A stretch of DNA of 64,000 bases from an uncultured Bacilli bacterium (GCA_934141535.1 CAKPCH010000002.1:11914-75913), one strand, 5' to 3'; positions 1-9,224 are shown, counted from the first letter of the stretch. A program made the numbers and translations. Notes: generated by a model from the sequence alone, not told the origin.

Positions 1-335
1 TACCAACCTTCATAACTAATTTGTCATGAGTCTTAATAAAATCGTTAACAGCTTTAATTGGTTCGATGATATCTTTACCAAAAGCAACAACCTTTGGTCC
101 ATTTAATTCTGAATCAAGATCGATATTTAAATCTTTAAGAGCTCTAGCAACTAAAGTATTTTTATATACTTTTAATTCAGAATCAGATTCTCTTAGTTTT
201 CTTCTTAATTCCATTACTTCAGCAACAGTTAAACCATTGTTTTCTAGGAATATAAATGAACTAGATTCTTTTACATTATTAGAGATTTCATCAATTACAG
301 TTTGTTTTTTCTCTAATATCTTTGGATTTGCCATA
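1..335 (-). CDS. rplJ: 50S ribosomal protein L10 (5' part; gene continues past the left edge)
   Basis: Absent from ORF track because no stop lies in the window. Reverse complement from ATG (335-333) reads MANPKILEKKQTVIDEISNNVKESSSFIFLENNGLTVAEVMELRRKLRESDSELKVYKNTLVARALKDLNIDLDSELNGPKVVAFGKD..., a typical L10 N-terminus. SD AAGAGGTG lies 4 nt upstream. Position after rplK-rplA matches the conserved rplKAJL order. Confidence 0.9.
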
Positions 336-506
336 TAACACCTCTTTCTTTTATACCGATTAAAAAATGTCCCTACTTACCGTAGGGACATATGAACTCT
401 TTTTTATCAAGTGTTCCTCGGTAGGATTATTAAGATTTCTCCCCTACTGTCTACGGTACTTCTTTCCAACTGAAGTTATTATAACATAACTTTTTTTATT
501 TGTAAA
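336..506 (-). promoter_or_regulatory. rplJ promoter plus L10-leader-like attenuator RNA
   Basis: Minus strand: TTTACA (506-501), 17-nt spacer, TATAAT (483-478). A ~130-nt untranslated leader follows and ends in hairpin ATGTCCCTAC/GTAGGGACAT (391-367) plus a U-run just before the rplJ SD. The architecture fits the Firmicute L10 leader; class not verified with a covariance model. Confidence 0.55.
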
Positions 507-508
507 CA

Positions 509-1204
509 TTAAATTTCAAAACTTGAAGCATCAACTTTGATACCAGGACCCATAGTAGTTGAAAGACCAATATTTAAAATATATTTACCTTTAACAGTAC
601 TTGGTTTAGTTTTATTAATTAGAGATACAAAAGCTTTAATATTTTCTAATAATTTATCTTCACTAAATGAAGATTTACCTACTAATACAGCAACGTTTCC
701 AAAAGAATCTGTTCTATATTCAACACGACCTTTTTTAACATCAGCAACTGCTTTTGCTACATCCATAGTAACTGTACCAGTCTTAGGATTTGGCATTAAA
801 CCTTTAGGTCCTAAAACACGTCCAATTTTACCTAATGCAGGCATCATATCAGGAGTAGCTATAATAGTATCAAAATCAAACCAATTTTCATTAGCTATTT
901 TATCTATCATATCAGTATCTCCAACATAGTCAGCTTGTGCATCTTTAGCCTCAACAGCTTTAGCACCTCTTGCTAAAACTAAAACTTTTTTAGTTTTACC
1001 AATACCATTTGGAAGTACTGTAGCTCCTCTTAATTGTTGATCAGCTTTCTTAGTATCTAAGTTTAATCTTAATACTAATTCAACAGATTCATCAAAATTA
1101 GCTACTTTAGTTTCTCCTAATAATTTTACTGCTTCTTCTATAGAATAAGCTTTACCTTTTTCTATTTTATTAGCAGCTTCTAAGTATTTCTTTCCTCTCT
1201 TCAT
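509..1204 (-). CDS. rplA: 50S ribosomal protein L1
   Basis: 231 aa; L1-typical stretches [20 protein letters not shown] and [15 protein letters not shown]; SD AGGAGGT 5 nt upstream of ATG; sits between rplK and rplJ. Confidence 0.97.
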   Translation of the reverse strand: MKRGKKYLEAANKIEKGKAYSIEEAVKLLGETKVANFDESVELVLRLNLDTKKADQQLRGATVLPNGIGKTKKVLVLARGAKAVEAKDAQADYVGDTDMIDKIANENWFDFDTIIATPDMMPALGKIGRVLGPKGLMPNPKTGTVTMDVAKAVADVKKGRVEYRTDSFGNVAVLVGKSSFSEDKLLENIKAFVSLINKTKPSTVKGKYILNIGLSTTMGPGIKVDASSFEI

Positions 1205-1316
1205 ACTTTACCTCCTATTTTCTATTTTAACAAAATGAAATTTTAAGGCGAAACGTAAGGCGAAAAGCGGAATTACCTTTTTTATTTCTTACCAATATTC
1301 ATTTATATTTTAATTA

Positions 1317-1742
1317 TTATTTTTCTTCTACTTTAACACCCATATTGCGTGCTGTACCAGCAACACTATTCATGGCTTCTTCAACTGTGTAGCAGTTTAA
1401 ATCTGGTAATTTAATTTCAGCTATTTCTCTTAATTGAGCTTGAGTCATATTTCCAACAACTTCTTTAGAACCTTTAGCTGAACCTTTTTTAACACCACAT
1501 ATTTTCTTTATTAAGAATGGTGTTGGTGGAGTTTTAATTACAAATGTAAAACTTCTATCATCATATATAGAAATTACTACTGGTAATATATCTCCCATTT
1601 TATCTCTTGTTGCATCATTATATTTTGTACAAAATTCTTGTAAATTAATTCCTGCTGGACCAAGAACAGTTCCTACTGGAGGAGCTGGTGTTGCTTTTCC
1701 TGCTGGAATTTGTAATTTAATTTCTTTTACTAATTGTGCCAC
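1317..1742 (-). CDS. rplK: 50S ribosomal protein L11
   Basis: IKLQIPAGKATPAPPVGTVLGPAGINLQEFCTKYN is the L11 N-terminal signature. The track start (1751) is a GTG inside the SD AGGAGGTG. The likely start is GTG at 1742 (VAQLVKEIKLQ...), 8 nt after the SD. Confidence 0.95.
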   Translation of the reverse strand: MAQLVKEIKLQIPAGKATPAPPVGTVLGPAGINLQEFCTKYNDATRDKMGDILPVVISIYDDRSFTFVIKTPPTPFLIKKICGVKKGSAKGSKEVVGNMTQAQLREIAEIKLPDLNCYTVEEAMNSVAGTARNMGVKVEEK

Positions 1743-2027
1743 GAAAAACACCTCCTATAAATTTGTTTTTTCGTTGTGGTTCAAATGCCCGCTTTTCAAT
1801 CTTTCAATTCTCCAACCTTTCAATTTTCAAATCAAAAAATTTATTCATTAGCTCCCACAAAAACTATATTAAAATCAATATAGCCCTATAATAATAACAC
1901 ATTTTCTTTAGTTTGTAAATATATTTTGTTGTAATTTATAAAAATCATATCTGTATTTTTTTACTTTCTCTATATAGTATTCAAACAATCTAATATTAAT
2001 ATACTTTTTTATACTATAAATAAAAAA

Positions 2028-3149
2028 TTAATCAGTATAACATTTAGTCCTTCCATCAGCAAAAACTTGACAATAATCAAGATTGATATAAGACTGTACC
2101 TTACCAGCGCTATCTGCATATAAGTTAACATAAGGATTGCCATTGTCGTGACATATATAAAACGAACTACTAGAACTCATAGTATAGCAACTAATTCCTT
2201 CGGATTTTAAATTTTGTATTATCAAAAAATTACCTGTATAGTTTTCTTCATTGTCTGAATATCCATAATAATCTGAACTTCCACCGCGAAAACAAGTTTC
2301 TTTATCGTTAAATATTGCACACGCATATGCTTCAGTCACTGTATCATCACTGTCTAACACATATTTTAAATAGTATTTTTTATCTTCTGGTACTTTAGTT
2401 TGATAATTTTTATACACTTCACCTATTTTAGGACCTGTAACATCGGTTCCATCATACCATAAGTAGGCTACAGGATCTGCAGGAAGTGTTGGCATTCCAC
2501 TCAAACTTGTTGATCCATATGTTAAATATATTTTACCAAAGTTTATTGTAAATGGGCCATCTGCTACACTTGAACCGCTTGTATATTCTATTGTTACTTT
2601 TACTAACTCACTGTTATTCTTCTTTAATACATGATTTGTTATGTTTAATGTAGTAGAAGTGTATGATGTACTTAATACTGTTGTTGTTACTTTTATTCCG
2701 TTACATGCTGCATCAACCATTGATGCAGTTGTTCCACTTCCTGCTACGCACTCTTTAAATGTAGATTTATTTTTTATATTATCAAATACTACACTACTTA
2801 AATATGCATCATATGAACCTCCATTTCTTGCATAGAATGTATACTCTACTTTTTCTCCTGGAGATGTAAATGATGCACTTAAGTTTTTAATTGTAGGATT
2901 ACCACTATTATCTATTGTTGGTGTTCCTGCAGTAGCATTTCCAGTTTTTGTTACACTCACATTAGTAGTAGACAATGATGTACTACTACTTGAGAATACT
3001 ACTTTAAAGTTACCTGAATCTGGTGTTATTGTTGCATTTCCTTTCACTGTTAAAGAGCTTGAAAAAGCGGCAAAAGCAATTGATAAACCTAATACGCTTA
3101 CCAAAGTTATTATTAATATTAATGTTGTATTTCTTCTATTATATCCCAT
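2028..3149 (-). CDS. Secreted Ser/Thr-rich, Cys-rich protein with TasA/camelysin-like (SipW-type) signal peptide; function unknown
   Basis: N-terminus MGYNRRNTTLILIITLVSVLGLSIAFAAFSSSLTVKGNATI resembles the TasA/CalY leader junction (..GGGTWAAFNDIKSKDATF..). The middle is S/T/N-rich. The C-terminal ~140 aa carry paired cysteines (8 Cys in the whole protein). No catalytic motif recognised. Confidence 0.5.
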   Translation of the reverse strand: MGYNRRNTTLILIITLVSVLGLSIAFAAFSSSLTVKGNATITPDSGNFKVVFSSSSTSLSTTNVSVTKTGNATAGTPTIDNSGNPTIKNLSASFTSPGEKVEYTFYARNGGSYDAYLSSVVFDNIKNKSTFKECVAGSGTTASMVDAACNGIKVTTTVLSTSYTSTTLNITNHVLKKNNSELVKVTIEYTSGSSVADGPFTINFGKIYLTYGSTSLSGMPTLPADPVAYLWYDGTDVTGPKIGEVYKNYQTKVPEDKKYYLKYVLDSDDTVTEAYACAIFNDKETCFRGGSSDYYGYSDNEENYTGNFLIIQNLKSEGISCYTMSSSSSFYICHDNGNPYVNLYADSAGKVQSYINLDYCQVFADGRTKCYTD

Positions 3150-3257
3150 ATTTAAATCATACTTTCTATTTATAGTTTACCATATATTACTTTTTTTTAC
3201 ATCCATTATTATTATGTTTTTATAAAAAATGCTTTTTATTATGTCATTATTGTATTG

Positions 3258-3289
3258 AAAAAAACAAGTAATATATTTTTAATTACTTG
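3258..3289 (-). terminator. Rho-independent terminator after the GH25 gene
   Basis: Stem CAAGTAAT (3265-3272) / ATTACTTG (3282-3289), followed on the minus strand by a U7 run (plus-strand A-run 3258-3264). Confidence 0.7.
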
Positions 3290-3309
3290 CTTTAATACAA
3301 AAACGCAAA

Positions 3310-4506
3310 TTATTTATTAACACCTTTTTCATAATAAATATCTATATCTACATAATTTTTTATTCCATTTATTTTTCCATTATCACACAATTGCCACATT
3401 ATATAATCTTTAGTATAATTTGTTTCATCTGTATAATGAGCTAACCAAGTATCAAATTCTTCATTCATCCAAACATTTTCTAAATAAAATTTACTACCAT
3501 AAAGTATTGGTGTATAATTAGCACTTTTTAATTCATTTAGATAAGCATTAGCTATTTTATTTAATTTATAAAAACTTAGTTTATAACTATTATAATCACT
3601 AAAATCTTCCCAATCGAATGCTACAGGCATAGTAATATTATAATCTTTTATTTGTTTTATTACCCATTTAGCATCACGTATAGCTTCATCTTCATCCATA
3701 GCATATGAATAAAAATATATTCCTACATCTATATCTTCTTTAAGTGCCCCTTTTATATACTCATCAAATTTAGGATCCTTTACATAATTTCTTTTAGCAT
3801 CTATTGTACCTACTCTTATTATTACAAAAGATACTCCTTCATCTTTTATAGCTTTAAAATCAACATCACCTTGATATTTAGATAAATCAAGTCCTATCTT
3901 AGTATCATCAGTCTTATATTTATTATATATTGTTTTAAAATCAGTATAGTTATTACTATATATTTGTTTTGTTTTTTCTTTTACTATTAATTCAAACTCT
4001 TTAATAGTTTCATTACCACTTTTATCTACTGCTTTAAAAGTTAATGGATAACTTCCTACTTCCTCTAAATTATATTCTCCTTCTATACTACATGATGGAT
4101 TATCATCTATATTATCAGCACACATTATATTTTTAAGTAAATTATCTTCACTTCCTACTATAACACTATATTTACTAGGTAAATTTATAAAAGGAGGTAT
4201 GGTATCTATTACATTATATTTAATATCTTTTGATACTTTTATTTTATCATCATTAATATAATTAAATTTAATAGTATTTTCTCCTAATTTAGTTGTAGGT
4301 ATTTCTTGATCTATATATGTTCCATTTACTTTTTTTATAATATCACTTAAATATACTTTAGTATTAAATTCAATATTTAAATTATCTATAAGTTCTATAT
4401 TTATTTTAGCATTCTTTATTTTATAGTAATTATAAATATTAAAGCCTATAATACCCAGTATTACTAATATAATTATTGTACTTATTATTATAATATTCTT
4501 TTTCAT
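3310..4506 (-). CDS. Membrane-anchored GH25-family muramidase (lysozyme) with Ig-like spacer domain
   Basis: N-terminal TM (IIIISTIIILVILGIIGFNIY). The middle DTIPPFINLP...GSYPLTFKAVDKSGNE resembles bacterial Ig-like (DUF5011-type) domains. The C-terminal GLDLSKYQGDVDFKAIKDEGVSFVIIRVG...VAFDWE...WLAHY fits GH25. Confidence 0.75.
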   Translation of the reverse strand: MKKNIIIISTIIILVILGIIGFNIYNYYKIKNAKINIELIDNLNIEFNTKVYLSDIIKKVNGTYIDQEIPTTKLGENTIKFNYINDDKIKVSKDIKYNVIDTIPPFINLPSKYSVIVGSEDNLLKNIMCADNIDDNPSCSIEGEYNLEEVGSYPLTFKAVDKSGNETIKEFELIVKEKTKQIYSNNYTDFKTIYNKYKTDDTKIGLDLSKYQGDVDFKAIKDEGVSFVIIRVGTIDAKRNYVKDPKFDEYIKGALKEDIDVGIYFYSYAMDEDEAIRDAKWVIKQIKDYNITMPVAFDWEDFSDYNSYKLSFYKLNKIANAYLNELKSANYTPILYGSKFYLENVWMNEEFDTWLAHYTDETNYTKDYIMWQLCDNGKINGIKNYVDIDIYYEKGVNK

Positions 4507-4519
4507 ACATCACCAACTA

Positions 4520-4547
4520 CAAAGAAAAGACTAATAATAGTCTTTTA
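4520..4547 (-). terminator. Terminator overlapping the nusG stop codon
   Basis: Stem AAAAGACTA (4525-4533) / TAGTCTTTT (4538-4546), followed on the minus strand by CUUUG. It separates nusG from the inserted cassette. Confidence 0.55.
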
Positions 4548-5078
4548 AGCTTTTTCTATTTCAGTAAATAATACTTCTACTATTGTTTCTTGACCAAATA
4601 AATCAAGTGCTACTTCAATTTTTTGATTAGCCATATCAACGTTTTTAACTTTACCAAACATATTAGCAAATGCACCATTTATAACTTTTACTGTATCTCC
4701 TACATTTAGTTCATTAACAACATCAATTCTACTCATTCCCATATTACCTAATATTTTATCTACTTCTTGTTTTGTTAATGGGAATGGTTTAGCACCCTTA
4801 CCACTAGATCCTATAAATCCAGTAACTCCTGGTGTATTACGTACTATAAACCATGCTTCATCAGTCATAACCATTTCAACTAATATATAGCCTGGAAACA
4901 TTTTATTTTCTTTTTCTGTTTCTTTTCCATTTTTTACAACTATTTCTTTTTGAGATGGAACTACTACTCTATATATATAGTCTTCCATTCCCATTGAACT
5001 AGCACGCATCTCTAATTTTTCTTTTACTTTATTCTCATGTCCAGAATAAGTGTTAACAACATACCATTCTTTTTCCAT
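4545..5078 (-). CDS. nusG: Transcription termination/antitermination factor NusG
   Basis: NGN start WYVVNTYSGHENKVKEKLE; KOW GDTVKVINGAFANMFGKVKNVD; start overlaps the secE stop (TAATG). Confidence 0.96.
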   Translation of the reverse strand: MEKEWYVVNTYSGHENKVKEKLEMRASSMGMEDYIYRVVVPSQKEIVVKNGKETEKENKMFPGYILVEMVMTDEAWFIVRNTPGVTGFIGSSGKGAKPFPLTKQEVDKILGNMGMSRIDVVNELNVGDTVKVINGAFANMFGKVKNVDMANQKIEVALDLFGQETIVEVLFTEIEKA

Positions 5079-5257
5079 TAACTAAACACCTTCACAATCA
5101 CACCAATTATACTATCTATACAAGTTAGATATAACATAAAGAAGCAAACAACTGCTACGGTTGCTACTGAATATGTTATCATTTCCTTTTTCTTTGGCCA
5201 TCTTACCTTTTTCATTTCTTTTTTAACATTTACAAAGAATCTAGCTATTGCTTTCAT
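5078..5257 (-). CDS. secE: Preprotein translocase subunit SecE (59 aa, below track cutoff)
   Basis: Hand translation: MKAIARFFVNVKKEMKKVRWPKKKEMITYSVATVAVVCFFMLYLTCIDSIIGVIVKVFS. It shows the classic KKVxWP motif plus one TM, lies directly upstream of nusG, and has promoter TTGACA-17-TAACAT upstream. Confidence 0.88.
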   Translation of the reverse strand: MKAIARFFVNVKKEMKKVRWPKKKEMITYSVATVAVVCFFMLYLTCIDSIIGVIVKVFS

Positions 5258-5346
5258 ATTTCACCTTCTATTATTTTCTAAAATAAAAACACTTTCGTGT
5301 GTCTACATAAATGTTAACACATATTTAATTTGTTGTCAATATTCTA

Positions 5347-6288
5347 TTATATAATTTCATAATTTAATAATTCTATATTATTTAAATTATTATAGTATTC
5401 ATTTGTAAGATCTGTACTTAAATATTTTTTAGAATCATCTGGAAATATTGTTACTACATTATTATATCCTAAGTTTTTTAATTTTATTGCAGCCATCATA
5501 TTAGCTCCACTAGATATACCAACACCTATTCCAAGTTCTTTTGAAATTTTTTGTGCCATTAAAATAGCTTCTTCATCTGTTATTAATATACAATCATCTA
5601 TTAGTTTTAAATCTACTATAGAAGGTATAAAATCATCACCAATACCTTCTATCTTATGTTCTTTAATATCTTTAGTTTTATTTTTTATTAAAGACATATT
5701 TTTAGGTTCGAGTGCAAATATTTTAACAAATTCATTTTCTAATTTTAATCTTTTAGCTACTCCTATTAGTGTACCACCAGTACCTATTCCAGATACAAAT
5801 GCATCTACTTTTATTTTATCAGTTATTTCTTTTCCAGTAGTTTCAAAATGTGCTTCTACATTATTTAAATTATTAAATTGATTTAATAAATATCCATTAT
5901 TATTTTTAGCAAACTCGTAAGCTTTTTCTATGCACTTTTTAAATCCGCCTTCACTTCTTTTTACTAATGTAACATCAGCACCATATAGTTTCATTAATCC
6001 TAATCTTTCTTTACTTACCCAATCAGGCATAAAAATATGTACTTTATGTTTCGTTGTAGCACCTATCGCACTTAAAGAAATTCCTGTATTACCACTTGTT
6101 GCTTCTACTAATATCATATCACTTTTTAATTTATTTTCTTTTATATCTTTATTTAATATATAATCTACTACTCTATCTTTTATACTACCTGTTAAATTAT
6201 AATATTCTAGTTTAGTATATACAAATTTATCAACACCATTATATTTATAATTTATTTTTATTAAAGGAGTATTTCCTATTAAATTCAT
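5347..6288 (-). CDS. Cysteine synthase family PLP enzyme (CysK/CysM-like)
   Basis: NTPLIK, PLP-lysine motif GSIKDR, ATSGNTGISLS, GIGTGGTLIG. Confidence 0.85.
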   Translation of the reverse strand: MNLIGNTPLIKINYKYNGVDKFVYTKLEYYNLTGSIKDRVVDYILNKDIKENKLKSDMILVEATSGNTGISLSAIGATTKHKVHIFMPDWVSKERLGLMKLYGADVTLVKRSEGGFKKCIEKAYEFAKNNNGYLLNQFNNLNNVEAHFETTGKEITDKIKVDAFVSGIGTGGTLIGVAKRLKLENEFVKIFALEPKNMSLIKNKTKDIKEHKIEGIGDDFIPSIVDLKLIDDCILITDEEAILMAQKISKELGIGVGISSGANMMAAIKLKNLGYNNVVTIFPDDSKKYLSTDLTNEYYNNLNNIELLNYEII

Positions 6289-6362
6289 ATTATCACCATT
6301 ATATTTTAATCAATTTAAATATAAGTGTTAAAAACTATTGAGAAAAACTCAATAGTTAATTA

Positions 6363-8105
6363 TTATTGCAAATCTGATTTACTTAAAGTTATTGCTGGAC
6401 GAATACCATAATATTCATTAGGGGACGCGTTATTAAAAGAAGTTGTTGTAGTATTAAAAATTACAATTTTAGTACTATCATTGTCACTTATTGTTGAAGT
6501 CCAATATTTTTTCATAACATCGTTATGTAACTTCAAAAAATCAAGTTTATCTCCAAAAGATATAGCCATCAACACTGATATCCCATCTGGTAACGTTATT
6601 TGTGATTGTGATAAATTAACCCAATTTGATGTATATTCATGTAATTTCTTGTTTGCGGTTACTGGACCTTTATCAGTTTGACCATTTTCTCCATAATTAC
6701 TTGCTAAGCCTCCTGATGCAACATAATCTTCAAGCGATGCCCAAGCTACAGTCGGTCCATTAATTGTTGAAGACTTTATAGCTTTACCATTTTCATCTAT
6801 ATTAGAATCCATAATTAGTGATACTAAATTTTTGTTTTCTTGATGTATTACAAAGAACGTTTTATCTTCTCCATCTCCTACATCGCACGTATATTCATCT
6901 CCATATTTAAACTCACCAGTTGGCACATTACCTGCTGTTGAATTTGATACTCTTTTACATATATATGCACTTGCTTTCTTACGTATTTTTTGTCTATTAA
7001 CCTCTATTACTGGACGCACTCCATAACTTGATTTATTTGTAATAGTCGTGCCTTGAATATATCCAAGGAAATATATATACCATGCATAATTTGTTAAAGA
7101 TGCAGTTGGTGAAATAGTCCAATAACCATATATAGTAGCACTCGAATTATTTAAGCAACCATAATCTTCACAAGTTTTCATTGTTCTATCATTTAACCAG
7201 CCATATTTACACCCGCTTGTATTACCATATTTACATGTATCACTTTGTTTTTGGGTATTTGTATCAAAAAAGAAATAATTACTTGCTGTTGTTGCTTCAT
7301 TAAATGATGTATTGTTTGTTATTTTAGCTACTTCATCTGCTGTTATAAGTCTTGCTTTATAACCTGTATAATCTATAGTATATTTTGCTTTTGAAGTGCT
7401 TGATGATTGGTCTATTGAATAATTTGAAGGAGTATTAGTACCTTCCCAACTACTTGTATCTAATTTTAATTGTGATAATAATTCATTAGGACCTGTTGAA
7501 TTACTTCCACTAGAATTCCAAGCTACACTTGCTGTTGTGTTATGATCTAATATTAAATTAACAGTATCTTTACCATCATCATTAAAAACATAAAACTTTA
7601 AACAACTATTTTGACTACTATTTGGGTTCATTCCATTATAGCCAGTATTACTATTATTTTCTTTATAATTAGTACAAGTAACTCCTTTTTTTACATCAAA
7701 ATAAACTACTTTACCATTTTTATATCTATTTACATTTTTTATAGATTTACAATCACTTGTATTTATCAAGTTATAAGAGAATTTATTATCACTATATAAA
7801 ACTTGTACACTTTTATTTTCTAGTATTTCTTTACTATCAACTAACTCATCTTCATCAAATAATCCATAATCAATAAGATCATTAACTACTATACAATAGT
7901 TACTTTCATCTGTCTTTTCAAAATCACTACTATTTTCATTTACATAGTCTTCTGCAGCACTCAGTATTAATTTTTTATATATTTCATCTTTAGAATTATT
8001 TGATTTCTTTATTGTATTTATTATTGTTGGAAATACCATTAACATAATGAGCGCTAAAAGTACAATGACTCCAAGTAATTCAATCAATGTAAATCCCTTT
8101 TTCAT
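6363..8105 (-). CDS. Type IV pilin-like protein (prepilin N-terminal methylation motif) fused to two tandem adhesin/lectin-like modules
   Basis: MKKGFTLIELLGVIVLLALIMLMVF is the class-III (prepilin) signal. Two repeats follow, each a beta-rich unit (..LILDHNTTASVAW.. / ..LIMDSNID..TVAW..) plus a unit ending YGVRPVIEV / YGIRPAITL (YW..S...GxRP motif as in DUF6273/DUF1566-like lectin folds). Confidence 0.75.
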   Translation of the reverse strand: MKKGFTLIELLGVIVLLALIMLMVFPTIINTIKKSNNSKDEIYKKLILSAAEDYVNENSSDFEKTDESNYCIVVNDLIDYGLFDEDELVDSKEILENKSVQVLYSDNKFSYNLINTSDCKSIKNVNRYKNGKVVYFDVKKGVTCTNYKENNSNTGYNGMNPNSSQNSCLKFYVFNDDGKDTVNLILDHNTTASVAWNSSGSNSTGPNELLSQLKLDTSSWEGTNTPSNYSIDQSSSTSKAKYTIDYTGYKARLITADEVAKITNNTSFNEATTASNYFFFDTNTQKQSDTCKYGNTSGCKYGWLNDRTMKTCEDYGCLNNSSATIYGYWTISPTASLTNYAWYIYFLGYIQGTTITNKSSYGVRPVIEVNRQKIRKKASAYICKRVSNSTAGNVPTGEFKYGDEYTCDVGDGEDKTFFVIHQENKNLVSLIMDSNIDENGKAIKSSTINGPTVAWASLEDYVASGGLASNYGENGQTDKGPVTANKKLHEYTSNWVNLSQSQITLPDGISVLMAISFGDKLDFLKLHNDVMKKYWTSTISDNDSTKIVIFNTTTTSFNNASPNEYYGIRPAITLSKSDLQ

Positions 8106-8112
8106 ATTTCAC

Positions 8113-8862
8113 CTACTTTGTTTTTTTATATTGAATATTATAAGTTATTTTTAGTTTTAATTTTGTTGGAACTATTTTACCAAATATATATGCTAATTTC
8201 ATATTAAAACCTGGTATTATTAATAGTTTATTTTTAAACATCTTTTCTATTGAATATTTTGCTACAAACTCACTACTTAGTGCTTTTACTCTAAATCTAC
8301 AGTTTGCTACATTATTAAAATTTGTATTTACTGGTCCCGGACAAAGACAACTAATATGTACTTTACTATTTATTGATTTTAATTCTTGACTTATAGCAAG
8401 CGTTAATGATGTTACATATGCCTTAGTTGAATAATATGTAGCCATTAAAGGTCCAGGCATAAATGAAGCGCTACTTGAAACATTTAATATATATCCTTGA
8501 TCTTTTTTTATAAAATCAGTTAAAAATAATTTAGTTAATACATGAACTGCTCTTATATTTAAATCAATCATATTTATTTCTTTATCTAATGATGTTTTAT
8601 TAAATAATCCTATATCACCAAATCCAGCATTATTTATTAATATATTTATATTTTTATCTTTTGTTTGTTCATATAATTTTATACAATTATCATAAACACT
8701 TAAATCCATTGAAATAATTTCTACTTTTGTTTTTAATTCACTTTTTAAATCTTGTAGTGCTTTTAAATCACGTGCAACAAGTATTAAATCATATCCCATA
8801 TTACTTAATACTCTTGCCATATCTCTTCCTATACCACTACTTGCTCCTGTTATTAATACCAT
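8113..8862 (-). CDS. Short-chain dehydrogenase/reductase (SDR) family oxidoreductase
   Basis: TGASSGIGRDMA Rossmann motif, NNAG, YSTKAYV (YxxxK). Confidence 0.9.
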   Translation of the reverse strand: MVLITGASSGIGRDMARVLSNMGYDLILVARDLKALQDLKSELKTKVEIISMDLSVYDNCIKLYEQTKDKNINILINNAGFGDIGLFNKTSLDKEINMIDLNIRAVHVLTKLFLTDFIKKDQGYILNVSSSASFMPGPLMATYYSTKAYVTSLTLAISQELKSINSKVHISCLCPGPVNTNFNNVANCRFRVKALSSEFVAKYSIEKMFKNKLLIIPGFNMKLAYIFGKIVPTKLKLKITYNIQYKKTK

Positions 8863-8919
8863 AACGCCCTCCTATTCTAGAAATATTATACCTCAAAAAG
8901 TAATAAAAAAAAAGAGTTA

Positions 8920-9207
8920 TTATAAACTCTCATAAACACTAACTTGTTTTTTATCTTTTCCTAAACGTTCATATTTTACATATCCGCTTATTTTAGCATA
9001 AACTGTATCGTCACTACCTATACCAGCATTAAGTCCTGGATATATTCTAGTTCCTCTTTGTCTATATATAATAGAGCCACCAGTTACATATTCTCCATCA
9101 CTAGCTTTAGCTCCTAATCTACGTCCAGCAGAATCTCTACCATTTTTTGTAGATCCTTGACCTTTTTTATGTGCGAATAATTGGATATTTAATGTCATCA
9201 TCTTCAT
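8920..9207 (-). CDS. rpmA: 50S ribosomal protein L27 with cleavable N-terminal propeptide
   Basis: ..[21 protein letters not shown].. matches the Firmicute pro-L27 cleavage context; lies downstream of prp. Confidence 0.96.
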   Translation of the reverse strand: MKMMTLNIQLFAHKKGQGSTKNGRDSAGRRLGAKASDGEYVTGGSIIYRQRGTRIYPGLNAGIGSDDTVYAKISGYVKYERLGKDKKQVSVYESL

Positions 9208-9224
9208 AAATGAATGGCACCTCC

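Noticed and set aside
66-338. Track ORF 66-338 (+), 90 aa
   Set aside because: It lies antisense to a clean L10 (rplJ) reading frame with SD and correct synteny. Its low-complexity S/F/L-rich translation is typical of the reverse strand of an AT-rich gene.
1743-1751. N-terminal extensions in the ORF track that begin at a GTG/TTG (for example rplK 1751, gpsB 13083, DUF1835 18418, infB 56762, gerE 39846, nusA 59166, der 51189)
   Set aside because: In these cases the alternative start codon lies inside or upstream of the Shine-Dalgarno sequence (for example AGGAGGTG) of a downstream ATG/GTG that aligns with the known protein N-terminus.
6363-8105. Diversity-generating retroelement targeting the lectin-like C-terminus of the giant pilin
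   Set aside because: There is no reverse transcriptase gene and no near-identical template repeat anywhere in the window. The two C-lectin-like units are diverged paralogous domains, not TR/VR pairs.
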